From positions 1 to 25,814 of IMG/VR virus record IMGVR_UViG_3300020044_003502: 25,814 bases of DNA. The stretch is one strand, 5' to 3'. This stretch comes from a virus. Lineage: Duplodnaviria; Caudoviricetes. Shown in pieces: positions 8,393 through 17,651 of the stretch. Numbering within the stretch: position 1 is the first letter of the stretch; every line of letters starts with the position of its first letter. The notes beneath the pieces were generated by a model, which saw only the letters and a list, made by a program, of their open reading frames with translations, was not told the origin of the DNA and searched no databases. A program made the translations under genes and the position numbers.

Positions 8393-9931
8393 ATGGTTGC
8401 TAAACTTCTAACGACAACCATTGCTGCTCCCGGCTTTAAAGGGGTCAACACTCAGGACTCTTCGATCACGTTAGAGGATGGCTTTGCTACCGTAGCTAAT
8501 AACTGTGTCATTGATAAGTTCGGACGTATAGGTGCTCGTAAGGGCTGGATTCCTGCTCATGAAAGCCTTGGAGCATTAGGAACAGCTACAGTCAAAGCTA
8601 TTGATGAGTTGATCACAGTAGCTGGTGTCTCTTACATCATTGCAGCAGGTAACAATAAGTTATTCAAGCTGGTAGGTAGTACCTTAACTGAGTTAACCTA
8701 CGGTGGTGGAGGAACTGCACCTACGATTACAGACAGTAACTGGCAGATGGCTTCATTGAACAGTTGCTTGTACCTGTATCAGGCAGGACATGATCCTCTG
8801 GTCTTCGACCCTGCTGTAAGCACTACTACGTATCGTCGTATCTCTGAGAAGTCAGGATATGCAGGTACTGTATCTCAGAACAACTGTGCTATTAGTGCTT
8901 ATGGTCGTACATGGTCAGCTAACAACAGTACCGATAAGAGTACAGTACAGTTTTCTGATTTGCTCTCTGGGCATATCTTGAGCACTGGCACAGCAGGTAC
9001 TCTTAACGTATCTCAGGTGTGGCCTGATGGAGGTGATGAGATTGTAGCCTTAGCTGCTCACAATAACTTCTTGATTGTCTTTGGTCGTAGACAGATTCTA
9101 ATCTATGCCAATGCAAACAGTCCTAGTGATCTGGCTTTATCAGATGCTATTACAGGCACTGGTTGTTTTGCTCGTGATTCAGTGGTTGTGACTGGTGGCG
9201 ACATTCTGTTCCTCTCCGACGCTGGTGTTAAGTCCTTGATGCGAACCATCCAAGAGAAGTCAGCACCTATGCGAGACATTAGCGCTAACGTCCGTGATGA
9301 CCTAGTGCTTGAGCTTACCACAGAAGACCCTGACGAGATCAAGGCTGTTTACTCTGACAAGGATGCCTTCTATTTATTGTCTCTTCCTGCTCGTCAGTTA
9401 GTGTACTGCTTTGATATGCGGGTGATGCTTCCTAACGGAGCTAACCGTACAACTACTTGGGATGGCTTGCTTCCTTATGCTATCAAGTATACCCGTAACA
9501 AAGACTTGCTTATCGGTAAGCCGGGATATATTGGTACATATGGTGGCTACAAGGATAATGCAGATAGCTACCTGATGCGTTACTACACTAACTACTTTGA
9601 CTTTGCTGCTCCAACAGTGATCAAGATCATGAAGAAGGTAGGCATTACAGTTATCGGTGGTCAAGGCTATGGTGTCACTTTGAAGTTCGGATTTGACTAC
9701 AGTGATATTTTAAATGTAAGACAGTTTGCTTTACAGAATAGCGCTATTGCTGAGTACAACATTGCTGAGTATGACATTGGTGAGTATGGAGGTTCTGCCT
9801 TCGATAACAAGATCATCAACATCGGAGGCGCAGGCAAAGTGATTCAATTAGGTTTTGAGACTACTGTCTTCAATAAACCTGTATCAATTCAAAAACTGGA
9901 CGTTTACGTTAAGACAGGAAAGACTCGTTAA
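8393..9931 (+). CDS. tail nozzle / stabilisation protein (tubular protein B or P22 gp10-like)
   Basis: 512 aa, beta-propeller-like. N..ID..G.I..RKG, GC.ARDSV...GGDILFLS..GV.SL and IS..V motifs. Confidence 0.75.
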   Translation: MVAKLLTTTIAAPGFKGVNTQDSSITLEDGFATVANNCVIDKFGRIGARKGWIPAHESLGALGTATVKAIDELITVAGVSYIIAAGNNKLFKLVGSTLTELTYGGGGTAPTITDSNWQMASLNSCLYLYQAGHDPLVFDPAVSTTTYRRISEKSGYAGTVSQNNCAISAYGRTWSANNSTDKSTVQFSDLLSGHILSTGTAGTLNVSQVWPDGGDEIVALAAHNNFLIVFGRRQILIYANANSPSDLALSDAITGTGCFARDSVVVTGGDILFLSDAGVKSLMRTIQEKSAPMRDISANVRDDLVLELTTEDPDEIKAVYSDKDAFYLLSLPARQLVYCFDMRVMLPNGANRTTTWDGLLPYAIKYTRNKDLLIGKPGYIGTYGGYKDNADSYLMRYYTNYFDFAAPTVIKIMKKVGITVIGGQGYGVTLKFGFDYSDILNVRQFALQNSAIAEYNIAEYDIGEYGGSAFDNKIINIGGAGKVIQLGFETTVFNKPVSIQKLDVYVKTGKTR

Positions 9932-9932
9932 T

Positions 9933-10163
9933 ATGTCGAACTACACAAAAGCTACTAACTTTGCCGTTAAAGACGGACTACCAACAGGTAATGCTGGTAA
10001 GATCATTAAAGGCACTGAGATTGATACTGAATACAATAACATTGCTTCAGCCATCAGCTCTAAAGGTGATGCTAACAATGGTGCTTTCACAGGCACTACA
10101 ACAATGGTTAACCTGACAGTATCAGGTACGTTTAATGCAACAGTTGATGGCGGGAGTTACTAA
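9933..10163 (+). CDS. short tail-associated adaptor-like protein
   Basis: Likely start is ATG 9933, right after the previous stop, giving 76 aa: MSNYTKATNF...GTEIDTEYNNIASAI...DGGSY. Resembles N-termini of podovirus fibre-anchoring proteins. Confidence 0.65.
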   Translation: MSNYTKATNFAVKDGLPTGNAGKIIKGTEIDTEYNNIASAISSKGDANNGAFTGTTTMVNLTVSGTFNATVDGGSY

Positions 10164-11101
10164 TGGCTGAATTTGATTGGACTTCTTTAATTAGCCCTAC
10201 TCTGGGTGCTTTAGGTACAGGTTACGCAGCTAACCAAGCAGCTGGCAATGCTACAGCTTCGGCTAACCAAGCAGCTCAGATGGCTCAGTTCCGTCCTGTA
10301 GGTGTTACTACTCGCTTCGGTAAGTCAGGCTTTCAGTATGGCCCTCAGGGTGAACTGACAGGTGCTGGCTATCAAGTTGCTCCTGATGTGGCAGCTATGC
10401 GTGAGAGCTTGCTTGGCTTCGCAGGTGGCGGGTTGTCGCAGGCTCAGCAGGCACAAGCTCAACAGGGTGGTATCAATACAGCAGGTCAAGGCTTATTCAG
10501 CCTCGGTCAACAGTATGTCGGTCAAAGCCCTCAGGCTGTAGCACAGAACTACATGACTCAGCAGCAGGGTTTACTTGCTCCGGGACGTGAACAACAGTTA
10601 GCTCAGTTGACTAACCAGCAGCAACAGCAAGGTCGTTTAGGTCTTGCCACAGGTGCTACGACATCCGGCTACACAGCAGGTTCTCCCGGCTTGATGGCTA
10701 CTAACCCACAGATGGCTGCTTACTACAACGCTATGGCTCAGCAGGATGCTCAGTTGGCTGCTAATGCTAACCAAGCAGGTCAGCAGCAAGTTACATTCGG
10801 TCAAGGCTTGATGACAGGTGGTATTAACCTTCAGAATGCTGGCTATGGTTTACAGTCCAATGCTTTGGTTCCTTATACTGACTACTTGCAGGGTGCTCAG
10901 AATGCTGAGAACTTAGGCTTAGGTGCTCTGACACAAGGTCAAAGCTTAGGCTCCGCAGCAGCAGCTAGTAACCAAGCAGCAGCTAATCAGTACATGAGTG
11001 GCCAGAACATTGCTAACAATGCTAACCGTGCTGCTGTCACAGGTGCTGTTGCAGGCTTGACTGATCCTATTGCACAACTGATTGCAGGCTTAACCCGTTA
11101 A
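10163..11101 (+). CDS. putative ejection (DNA pilot) protein
   Basis: 312 aa, Gln/Ala/Gly-rich and low in charge. First of three genes after the tail genes, as in podovirus ejection-protein clusters. Confidence 0.65.
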   Translation: MAEFDWTSLISPTLGALGTGYAANQAAGNATASANQAAQMAQFRPVGVTTRFGKSGFQYGPQGELTGAGYQVAPDVAAMRESLLGFAGGGLSQAQQAQAQQGGINTAGQGLFSLGQQYVGQSPQAVAQNYMTQQQGLLAPGREQQLAQLTNQQQQQGRLGLATGATTSGYTAGSPGLMATNPQMAAYYNAMAQQDAQLAANANQAGQQQVTFGQGLMTGGINLQNAGYGLQSNALVPYTDYLQGAQNAENLGLGALTQGQSLGSAAAASNQAAANQYMSGQNIANNANRAAVTGAVAGLTDPIAQLIAGLTR

Positions 11102-11112
11102 GGAATACGATA

Positions 11113-12327
11113 ATGGCAACACAAAGTTTATTCGGAGGCTCTATGTCTCCTCAAGAGATGCAGGCTCAAATGTTGGAGCAGCGAGCAGCTCAGTTTGCCC
11201 AGATGTCCCCTGATCAACAGTTAGGCATGATGGCTTACAAGGCTGGCTCTAATGTTGGTACAGGCTTGGCAGGTGCTTTTGGTGTACAGACACAAGACCC
11301 AACTATCCAGCGAGCTACCAAGCTTCGTGAGTTAGCAAGTCAATACAACACCAACACTGCTGCTGGTATCCGTCAGATGGCTGATGCCTTGCGTACACAA
11401 GACCCTGAGATGGCTTTGCAGTTGTCACAGAAGGCTGCTGCTATGGACTTGGAGGCTGCTAAGCTGACTTCTGAGCAAGCTTTGGCTGTTCAACGTACAC
11501 GTGAGAAAGAGGGAGCTGATCCTTTACAACAGTTAATCCGCGCTGGTAAATATCTTCCTGCTTCAGTGGCAAAGTATGCAAAGTCAGGGGATGTTGCCGA
11601 TCTCGAAACTATTGATAAAGCTGATCCTACTGCGTTAAGCGAGACAGCAGAAGGTATTTTCTTGATCAACAAATTGACAGGTGCAAAGATTTCAAGGATT
11701 GGTTCTGCTCCTGAACGAGGAAATAAAAATATTGTTAATGTAGACGCTAAAGGTGAAGCTGAGTTTGTTAAAGAACTTGGTAAGATTGATGCTAAGAAAG
11801 TAGGAGATGCAGGCGTAGTTCGAGACACTGCTATTGCTTCTTTGAACTCACTTAATAAGTTAGCCTCACTTCCTAACCAAGACTTGATTTCAGGTCAGTT
11901 TGCAGAAGGTCGAGTTGGCGCTACTAATCTGTTAGCTACTCTTGGTTTAGCTTCTCCTTCTGATGTTAATAAACTTGCGACAAGTCAGCAGTATCAAAAG
12001 GTTGCTGGCGATGTGGTTCTTCAGACACTTGGAGGTAAGCTCGGCTCTGGCTTCTCTAACGCTGATCGTGAATTTATTGCTGGTTTAGTTCCACAGCTTG
12101 AAACAAACCCTGAAGCTCGGCGTAAGTTGATCCAGTTCATGCAGCGCAAGAATCAGGATATTATCGAAGAAGCAGGTAAGCTTGAAGCATATGCCCGAAA
12201 GAACAAAGGACTAAGCGGGTACACTCCTACTATCCCTATGGCGGTTGCCCCTACAGGCCCGTACTCAGGATTAAGTGATGCAGAATTAGCAGCAAGGATT
12301 AAACGTGCTCAAGCAGCACAACGCTAA
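11113..12327 (+). CDS. putative ejection / internal virion protein
   Basis: 404 aa, helical Ala/Gln-rich, with a G..SNADREF motif; AAGGA RBS. Confidence 0.65.
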   Translation: MATQSLFGGSMSPQEMQAQMLEQRAAQFAQMSPDQQLGMMAYKAGSNVGTGLAGAFGVQTQDPTIQRATKLRELASQYNTNTAAGIRQMADALRTQDPEMALQLSQKAAAMDLEAAKLTSEQALAVQRTREKEGADPLQQLIRAGKYLPASVAKYAKSGDVADLETIDKADPTALSETAEGIFLINKLTGAKISRIGSAPERGNKNIVNVDAKGEAEFVKELGKIDAKKVGDAGVVRDTAIASLNSLNKLASLPNQDLISGQFAEGRVGATNLLATLGLASPSDVNKLATSQQYQKVAGDVVLQTLGGKLGSGFSNADREFIAGLVPQLETNPEARRKLIQFMQRKNQDIIEEAGKLEAYARKNKGLSGYTPTIPMAVAPTGPYSGLSDAELAARIKRAQAAQR

Positions 12328-12338
12328 TAAGGATTAAT

Positions 12339-14543
12339 ATGGCAGATGATTTGGCAGCTCTCATTGAAGAGCAACAACGTAGATCAGGAACAGTTACAGG
12401 AGGCACTCGAAGTGTCCTTGCTGAGCCTGAGCAAACAACAACACTTGAGGAAACTAAAAGGGCTGTCACTTCCTTACTTAAAGGCTCCACTAAAGGTATT
12501 ATTGATCTGGTAGGCGGTTGGGGTAAACTCTATGATGTCATCAAAGAGAACAAAACACCTAGTGCATTATCAGGACAAGGGATTGTTAACGCTATTGCTA
12601 AAGCAGGCGGCCCTGATCTGATGAAGATTCAAGGCTATAAAGGTGCTTATGATATTGGACAAGCTGGTGCTCCTGCTGCTTTAATGTCTGCAATGGCTCC
12701 CGGTAGTAGCTTGTTTAACTTATCTACTCCTGCTAGGACAGCCGCTGCTGAGTTTTCAACGGCAGGTAGCTTGGGCATGTTGTCACAGCAAGTTGCTCCT
12801 GAAAGTGCAGGCGCTCAGGTAGCTATCCAAACACTTCCTTACTTAGTTAAAGGTGGCCTTTCTGCACTTCAATCTAATACACAGAAGAAGAAGATTGAAG
12901 AGTACCGTAAGTTGCTTCCTGCTAAGGATGCTAATACTTTTAGTGATTTCATGCTTCGAGGACAAGGGTCTTCTGATCCTGTTATTGCTGCTGATATTGC
13001 TCGCTTGTCTGCTTCTCCTAAGTATTTAGAGTTAATCAGTTCTTTGAACGAAGGAGCAGTGACTAGAGCTTTGTCAGGTATGTCCCCTAATCCTGCACCT
13101 ATCACGGCAGAGCAATCAAAGTTAGGTATCATCCAAAGCATCCAGAATAAGCTTGAGAACATTCGAGATAGTAAATCTAATAGTCTGTTTGAGAAAGCTA
13201 AAGGCTATGGCGCAGGTCAAGGATTGGTAGATCCAACAATTACTATCAGTAAGATTGATAGTCTGATTAACCGTTACGCTGCTCAAGCAACTCCTAACGC
13301 TGAACGTGCTGTGGATGTACTTACAAGTATTCGTGATCGTCTATCTCCCTCGTTTAGCGTAGAAGGACGAGGCAGCTATACTTATAGTTCACCCACAACA
13401 GCCCGTGATACTTTAACTAATGCTCCTATTCCCGGAGCAACTGCTAGTTATACTATTCCCGGTTCCTCAGGATACTCAGTTAACCAAGGCGCTAGAAAGT
13501 TAACAGTTGAACAAGTACAGGGTTTGCTATCTGAGTTTGGTAAGAAGGCTTCTGCTGGAGATAATCTGATTAAAGACTTAGCATTGAGCGATGAGCGTAT
13601 CATTTCAAGTGCTATCTTTGGCGGGATGAAAGATGACCTTGCTGCTGCGACTAAGACAGCAACAGGTAACGACAAAGCAGCTTTAACTTTACTGACAACA
13701 GCTAGAGATAAAGTAGCTAAAGCTAGTGATGCCTATCGTGAAGCGATTGCTCAAGGTCTACCTGCTTTCTTGCAGAATAAGACTCTTGCTGAAGTATCTC
13801 CTGAAGATTTATTTAAGACATATACTTCTTTGACTCCGACTCAACGGGCCACTATGCGGTCATGGGTAGAGAACACGGATCAAGCTGCTCTGTCTATCTT
13901 AGATAAACAAGTGTTTGATAACTTTGTAAACAGTGCTCGATTCCCTAATGCAACAGGTATTGAAACAGTTGATCTGGCTACGCTGGCTAAGAATTGGAGA
14001 GGTTTAGATGCTGTGTCTAAGGATGCCTTAGTTACAGCCTTAGGAACTAACTCCAGTGAGTTTGGTAAGCGTATGAGTGATGCTGAAATGATGACACGTA
14101 AGATGCGTACTGCTAACTTGGCAGGGGAAGCTACAATTTCTCCCGGCACAGTTCGAGAGACCTCTGCTGTTATTGGCGCTTCAGGTGGCTATGGAGCTGC
14201 TAAGCTAGGACAGCTTTCTATGGATTTAGTTAACTCATTTACTAAGAATGGATTAACTGATGATCAACTTATGAAAGCCTTGATGACCCCTGAAGGTGCT
14301 AGTTTTCTTAAGAATGCTGCTTTAAGTCCTCGCTCTACCCAAGTGTTGAATGACTTAACTAAGCTGGAAAACTCTAATCCTGTTCTTAAATGGGCTACAG
14401 GTACTACTGCTCGTGTCGCTCCTAGGGCAGGAGCTACTGAGCAACCTACAGTGCAGACGGAACAAGAAGCACAGCAAGGACAGGACGATCTTGCAGCACT
14501 GCTTCAGGAACAAGAACGTAGACAACAAGAGGCTCAGCAATGA
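12339..14543 (+). CDS. large putative ejection / internal virion protein
   Basis: 734 aa, mostly helical, last gene before the lysis cassette; AAGGA RBS. Confidence 0.65.
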   Translation: MADDLAALIEEQQRRSGTVTGGTRSVLAEPEQTTTLEETKRAVTSLLKGSTKGIIDLVGGWGKLYDVIKENKTPSALSGQGIVNAIAKAGGPDLMKIQGYKGAYDIGQAGAPAALMSAMAPGSSLFNLSTPARTAAAEFSTAGSLGMLSQQVAPESAGAQVAIQTLPYLVKGGLSALQSNTQKKKIEEYRKLLPAKDANTFSDFMLRGQGSSDPVIAADIARLSASPKYLELISSLNEGAVTRALSGMSPNPAPITAEQSKLGIIQSIQNKLENIRDSKSNSLFEKAKGYGAGQGLVDPTITISKIDSLINRYAAQATPNAERAVDVLTSIRDRLSPSFSVEGRGSYTYSSPTTARDTLTNAPIPGATASYTIPGSSGYSVNQGARKLTVEQVQGLLSEFGKKASAGDNLIKDLALSDERIISSAIFGGMKDDLAAATKTATGNDKAALTLLTTARDKVAKASDAYREAIAQGLPAFLQNKTLAEVSPEDLFKTYTSLTPTQRATMRSWVENTDQAALSILDKQVFDNFVNSARFPNATGIETVDLATLAKNWRGLDAVSKDALVTALGTNSSEFGKRMSDAEMMTRKMRTANLAGEATISPGTVRETSAVIGASGGYGAAKLGQLSMDLVNSFTKNGLTDDQLMKALMTPEGASFLKNAALSPRSTQVLNDLTKLENSNPVLKWATGTTARVAPRAGATEQPTVQTEQEAQQGQDDLAALLQEQERRQQEAQQ

Positions 14544-14923
14544 CATTCGCATTAGGACAACGAAGCAAGGACAGGCTCAATGGAGTCCATCCTGGCCTAG
14601 TGAAAGTGATAGAGGAGGCTATCAAAGAGTCTCCTTTGGACTTCTCCATCACTGAAGGCTTACGCACCAAGGAGCGCCAGAAGGTGCTCTTTGATACAGG
14701 TAAGTCTCAGACGATGAACAGTAGACACATCACAGGTAAGGCTGTGGACATTGCTGTGATCCGTGAGGGTGAAGTTACATGGGACTTTAAGTATTACCAA
14801 CTGGTAGCTGAGCATATCAAGAAAGTAGCCAAAGAGCTAGGTATTGATATTGTTTGGGGTGGCGATTGGCAGTCCTTTAAAGATGGCCCTCACTTTGAGC
14901 TACATCGAAGTGTTTATCCATGA
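14540..14923 (+). CDS. endolysin, peptidase M15 family (L-Ala-D-Glu peptidase-like)
   Basis: L.GVHP.L, ITEGLRT.ERQ, SRH.TG.AVD, WGGDW and DGPHFEL zinc-peptidase motifs. Confidence 0.92.
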   Translation: MTFALGQRSKDRLNGVHPGLVKVIEEAIKESPLDFSITEGLRTKERQKVLFDTGKSQTMNSRHITGKAVDIAVIREGEVTWDFKYYQLVAEHIKKVAKELGIDIVWGGDWQSFKDGPHFELHRSVYP

Positions 14924-15387
14924 TTGATCCTATCACCGCTTTTGCGACTGCACAGGCAGCTATTAAGGGTGTGCAGGCAGCGATCAAGATGGGTAAGGAT
15001 ATTCAGGCTGTGTCTAAGGACATTATGAAGTTCTTTGATGCTAAGGACGTGGTTGTGAAAGCAGCCACTAAGTCCAAGAGCAGTAAGGGAAGATCAGATA
15101 CGTCTATGGCCTTAGAGACAGCTATGAATGCCAAGGCTTTGGTGGATGCTGAGAATGATCTTAAAGAGATGTTGATCTACTCAGGCAATGGTGATGTATG
15201 GAATGCCCTCTTAGTTGAGCGTAATGCTATTGCAGCAAGACGTAAGGCAGCAGCTTTAGAAGCTAAGAGAGCAGCAGCAAGAACCAAAGCTAGAATGATC
15301 AAAGCTGCTGAGATCTTCCTTATCATTATCTTTATCCTACTTGTAGCTTCTCTGATTCTCGCAGGGATTGTACTGTATTTAAAATAA
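14920..15387 (+). CDS. hypothetical membrane protein with C-terminal TM helix
   Basis: 155 aa ending in IFLIIIFILLVASLILAGIVLYLK; ATGA overlap with the endolysin gene. Confidence 0.75.
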   Translation: MIDPITAFATAQAAIKGVQAAIKMGKDIQAVSKDIMKFFDAKDVVVKAATKSKSSKGRSDTSMALETAMNAKALVDAENDLKEMLIYSGNGDVWNALLVERNAIAARRKAAALEAKRAAARTKARMIKAAEIFLIIIFILLVASLILAGIVLYLK

Positions 15388-15395
15388 GGTAAAAT

Positions 15396-15803
15396 ATGAT
15401 ACTAGAATCTATATTAGGTATTGGCGGTAAGCTAATTGATAAGCTTATCCCTGATCCTGCTCAGAAGGCAGAGGCTCAGTTAAAGATGGCTGAGATGTTA
15501 CAGAACGGAGAGTTGGCTAAGATGGCTAACGAGACTGATCTGTATAAGACAGAGCAGAATAATCTGACAGAACGACAGCAAGCAGATATGTCTAGTGACT
15601 CTTGGCTGTCCAAGAACATTAGGCCTATGACCCTTGTGGCTATCTTCACTGGTTACTTTACCTTTGGCATCATGGATGCTAACGGTATCCAAGCTAACGA
15701 ATCCTATGTACAGTTACTTGGGCAATGGGGTATGTTGGTTATGAGCTTCTACTTTGGTGGACGAACTCTGGAGAAGATTGTAGAACTTAAGGGGCGGTCA
15801 TGA
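15396..15803 (+). CDS. holin (GTA 3TM holin-like)
   Basis: KLIDKLIPDP, D..SDSWLSKNIRP, two hydrophobic segments and FYFGGRTLEK. Confidence 0.8.
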   Translation: MILESILGIGGKLIDKLIPDPAQKAEAQLKMAEMLQNGELAKMANETDLYKTEQNNLTERQQADMSSDSWLSKNIRPMTLVAIFTGYFTFGIMDANGIQANESYVQLLGQWGMLVMSFYFGGRTLEKIVELKGRS

Positions 15804-16024
15804 GTGAAGAGGTATCGCACCGTGAGATATACGAGAGACTGTGTAAGGTAGAAGAGAAGGTAGACAAGGTATCTACAGACACCGAAGGCATGGTATCAGC
15901 ATTCCAAGCAGCTCAAGGGGCTTTCACAGTCCTCGACTGGATTGCTAAGGTAGCTAAGCCTATACTGTGGGTAGTGGCTGCTGTTACCGCTGTAGTAACT
16001 ATCTTTCATAACGTGAAGCAGTAA
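15800..16024 (+). CDS. small membrane protein (coiled coil plus C-terminal TM)
   Basis: 74 aa: ERLCKVEEKVDKV followed by ILWVVAAVTAVVTIF; ATGA overlap. Confidence 0.7.
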   Translation: MSEEVSHREIYERLCKVEEKVDKVSTDTEGMVSAFQAAQGAFTVLDWIAKVAKPILWVVAAVTAVVTIFHNVKQ

Positions 16025-16027
16025 AGC

Positions 16028-16067
16028 AAAAGGCCCGTTAGAGTTCATCGCTCTAACGGGCCTTTTT
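16028..16067. terminator. bidirectional Rho-independent terminator
   Basis: AAAA-GGCCCGTTAGAG-ttcatcg-CTCTAACGGGCC-TTTTT: a perfect 12-bp stem with A and T tracts, between convergent genes. Confidence 0.93.
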
Positions 16068-16070
16068 CGT

Positions 16071-16706
16071 TTACTCTACAGGTTCTACCTTCTTAGCCTT
16101 CTTAGGCTTAGGCGGCATCTGAAGAGCCTCCAGATACTTGTAACGCTTACCCATACGCCTGACAGCCTCTTCAGCATCAAACCAGTACTCTTTACCGTTC
16201 TTCAGTTCCTCTAGCTCCTTGTCGGTCAAGAATCCTTTGTAGGCTTGGTCGAGTAGCTTGTTAATCTGTCGTGTAGCAAAATCAGTCTGTCCTTTGACAT
16301 TCGGCACAGTACCGATGGAGCCATAATGAGCAGTGTGAAGCATAAACTCAGCACTGTCAGCAATATAACACTCAGGAGCCATACAAGCCAACATACTAGC
16401 TGCTGAGTACGCAGCACCGATAACCGTAACAGATACATCACCTCGACATCCTTTCATTGCTTCAATAATCTGCCAGATGCTATCTGTACGTCCACCTGAG
16501 CTATTTACCAATAGATTAACTGAGTCATTCTCACCACAAGTAGCTAAGCAATGGATTACATCACGATAGTTACTGGGCTCCCGAATGTCATCATCAATGA
16601 ACACCAAGTGAGTATTCATCTGCTGAGTGATAGTACGGATAAGACCCTTTTGCTCTGGCATCATCATCATAAGTTCTTCAATACCTTCGTTAGCTTTAGC
16701 CATCAT
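16071..16706 (-). CDS. ClpP-like (S14 family) serine protease
   Basis: VNSSGG, GAAYSAAS (catalytic Ser), FMLH (catalytic His) and EYWFDAEEA motifs. Confidence 0.85.
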   Translation of the reverse strand: MMAKANEGIEELMMMMPEQKGLIRTITQQMNTHLVFIDDDIREPSNYRDVIHCLATCGENDSVNLLVNSSGGRTDSIWQIIEAMKGCRGDVSVTVIGAAYSAASMLACMAPECYIADSAEFMLHTAHYGSIGTVPNVKGQTDFATRQINKLLDQAYKGFLTDKELEELKNGKEYWFDAEEAVRRMGKRYKYLEALQMPPKPKKAKKVEPVE

Positions 16707-17449
16707 TCACCATCCTCATATTTGACACGGGCAATGATATAGTTCTTAACCAATGAGCTACGAACAATATCCTCGATGTGGAACTCGACACGAACAAACT
16801 CTTTCATCTTTGCAGCAATGTCAAAGAACTTAAGCAGTCCACTCTTGTCATCCTTCTTCTTCAAGTCCGTCTGTCGGTAGTCACCACAGAAGATAATCTT
16901 GGACTTGTCACCAACACGGGTAATGATGGTATCAAGCTCCTCGAAGGTCATGTTCTGTACCTCATCCACGACAATGATGCTGTTGGAGAAGGTAGTCCCT
17001 CGAATGAACGAGGTAGACACAAACTCAATGTGTCCTTGTTCTACCAATCGATCCCAAGCATCCTTACGCTTGAACAGGTCACTACAGATTTGTCGATAAG
17101 GTTGAATGTAAACCTCCATCTTCTCATCTGCATCTCCCGGCAAGAAACCCATATCTCGTCCTTGAACGCTACTACGGATAACTGTTACTTTGTTAAAAGG
17201 GTTGTTACGATCCATAGCCTCTTCCAAGGCTTTATATAAGGCAATGTATGTCTTACCTGTACCAGCTACACCATGTAAGGCCATGAAGTAGTTACTGGCT
17301 TGATACGCCTCAAAGAAGTCCATCTGCTTCTCAGTCTTGGGTTTAATGACAGTCATATCATCAAGCTTCAACTTCAAGCTGTTACTGACCTTCTCTCGTG
17401 GAGTCAATTCCTTAGCTGGAATAGATCGATTCATTGGTTTACTTGCCAT
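16703..17449 (-). CDS. phoH: PhoH-like ATPase
   Basis: GVAGTGKT Walker A, MGFLPG...EK, IRGTTF, VDEVQN and GDYRQTDL. Confidence 0.95.
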   Translation of the reverse strand: MASKPMNRSIPAKELTPREKVSNSLKLKLDDMTVIKPKTEKQMDFFEAYQASNYFMALHGVAGTGKTYIALYKALEEAMDRNNPFNKVTVIRSSVQGRDMGFLPGDADEKMEVYIQPYRQICSDLFKRKDAWDRLVEQGHIEFVSTSFIRGTTFSNSIIVVDEVQNMTFEELDTIITRVGDKSKIIFCGDYRQTDLKKKDDKSGLLKFFDIAAKMKEFVRVEFHIEDIVRSSLVKNYIIARVKYEDGE

Positions 17450-17457
17450 ATTCTCCC

Positions 17458-17640
17458 TTATTCGTTGATAAACACTACATGAGGCATCTGACGTACCTGT
17501 GGGAACTTTTCTAAGAACTCCTCACGGGTGATGTCTTTACCTACCATGATCTCTGTAAAGGACTCACCATCCTTAGTCAGGCGAGCCTTCAGAGTCGTAC
17601 ATGCAGGACAGTTCTCCTTGCTGTAGACTTCAATCTTCAT
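17458..17640 (-). CDS. glutaredoxin
   Basis: Start corrected to ATG 17640 (AGGAG RBS), giving 60 aa with CPAC and QMPHV; adjacent to nrdA. Confidence 0.88.
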   Translation of the reverse strand: MKIEVYSKENCPACTTLKARLTKDGESFTEIMVGKDITREEFLEKFPQVRQMPHVVFINE

Positions 17641-17651
17641 ATTACTCCTAG

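Noticed and set aside
9855-9932. N-terminal extension of the 102-aa ORF
   Set aside because: Lies inside the nozzle gene; ATG 9933 right after the nozzle stop is the more plausible start.
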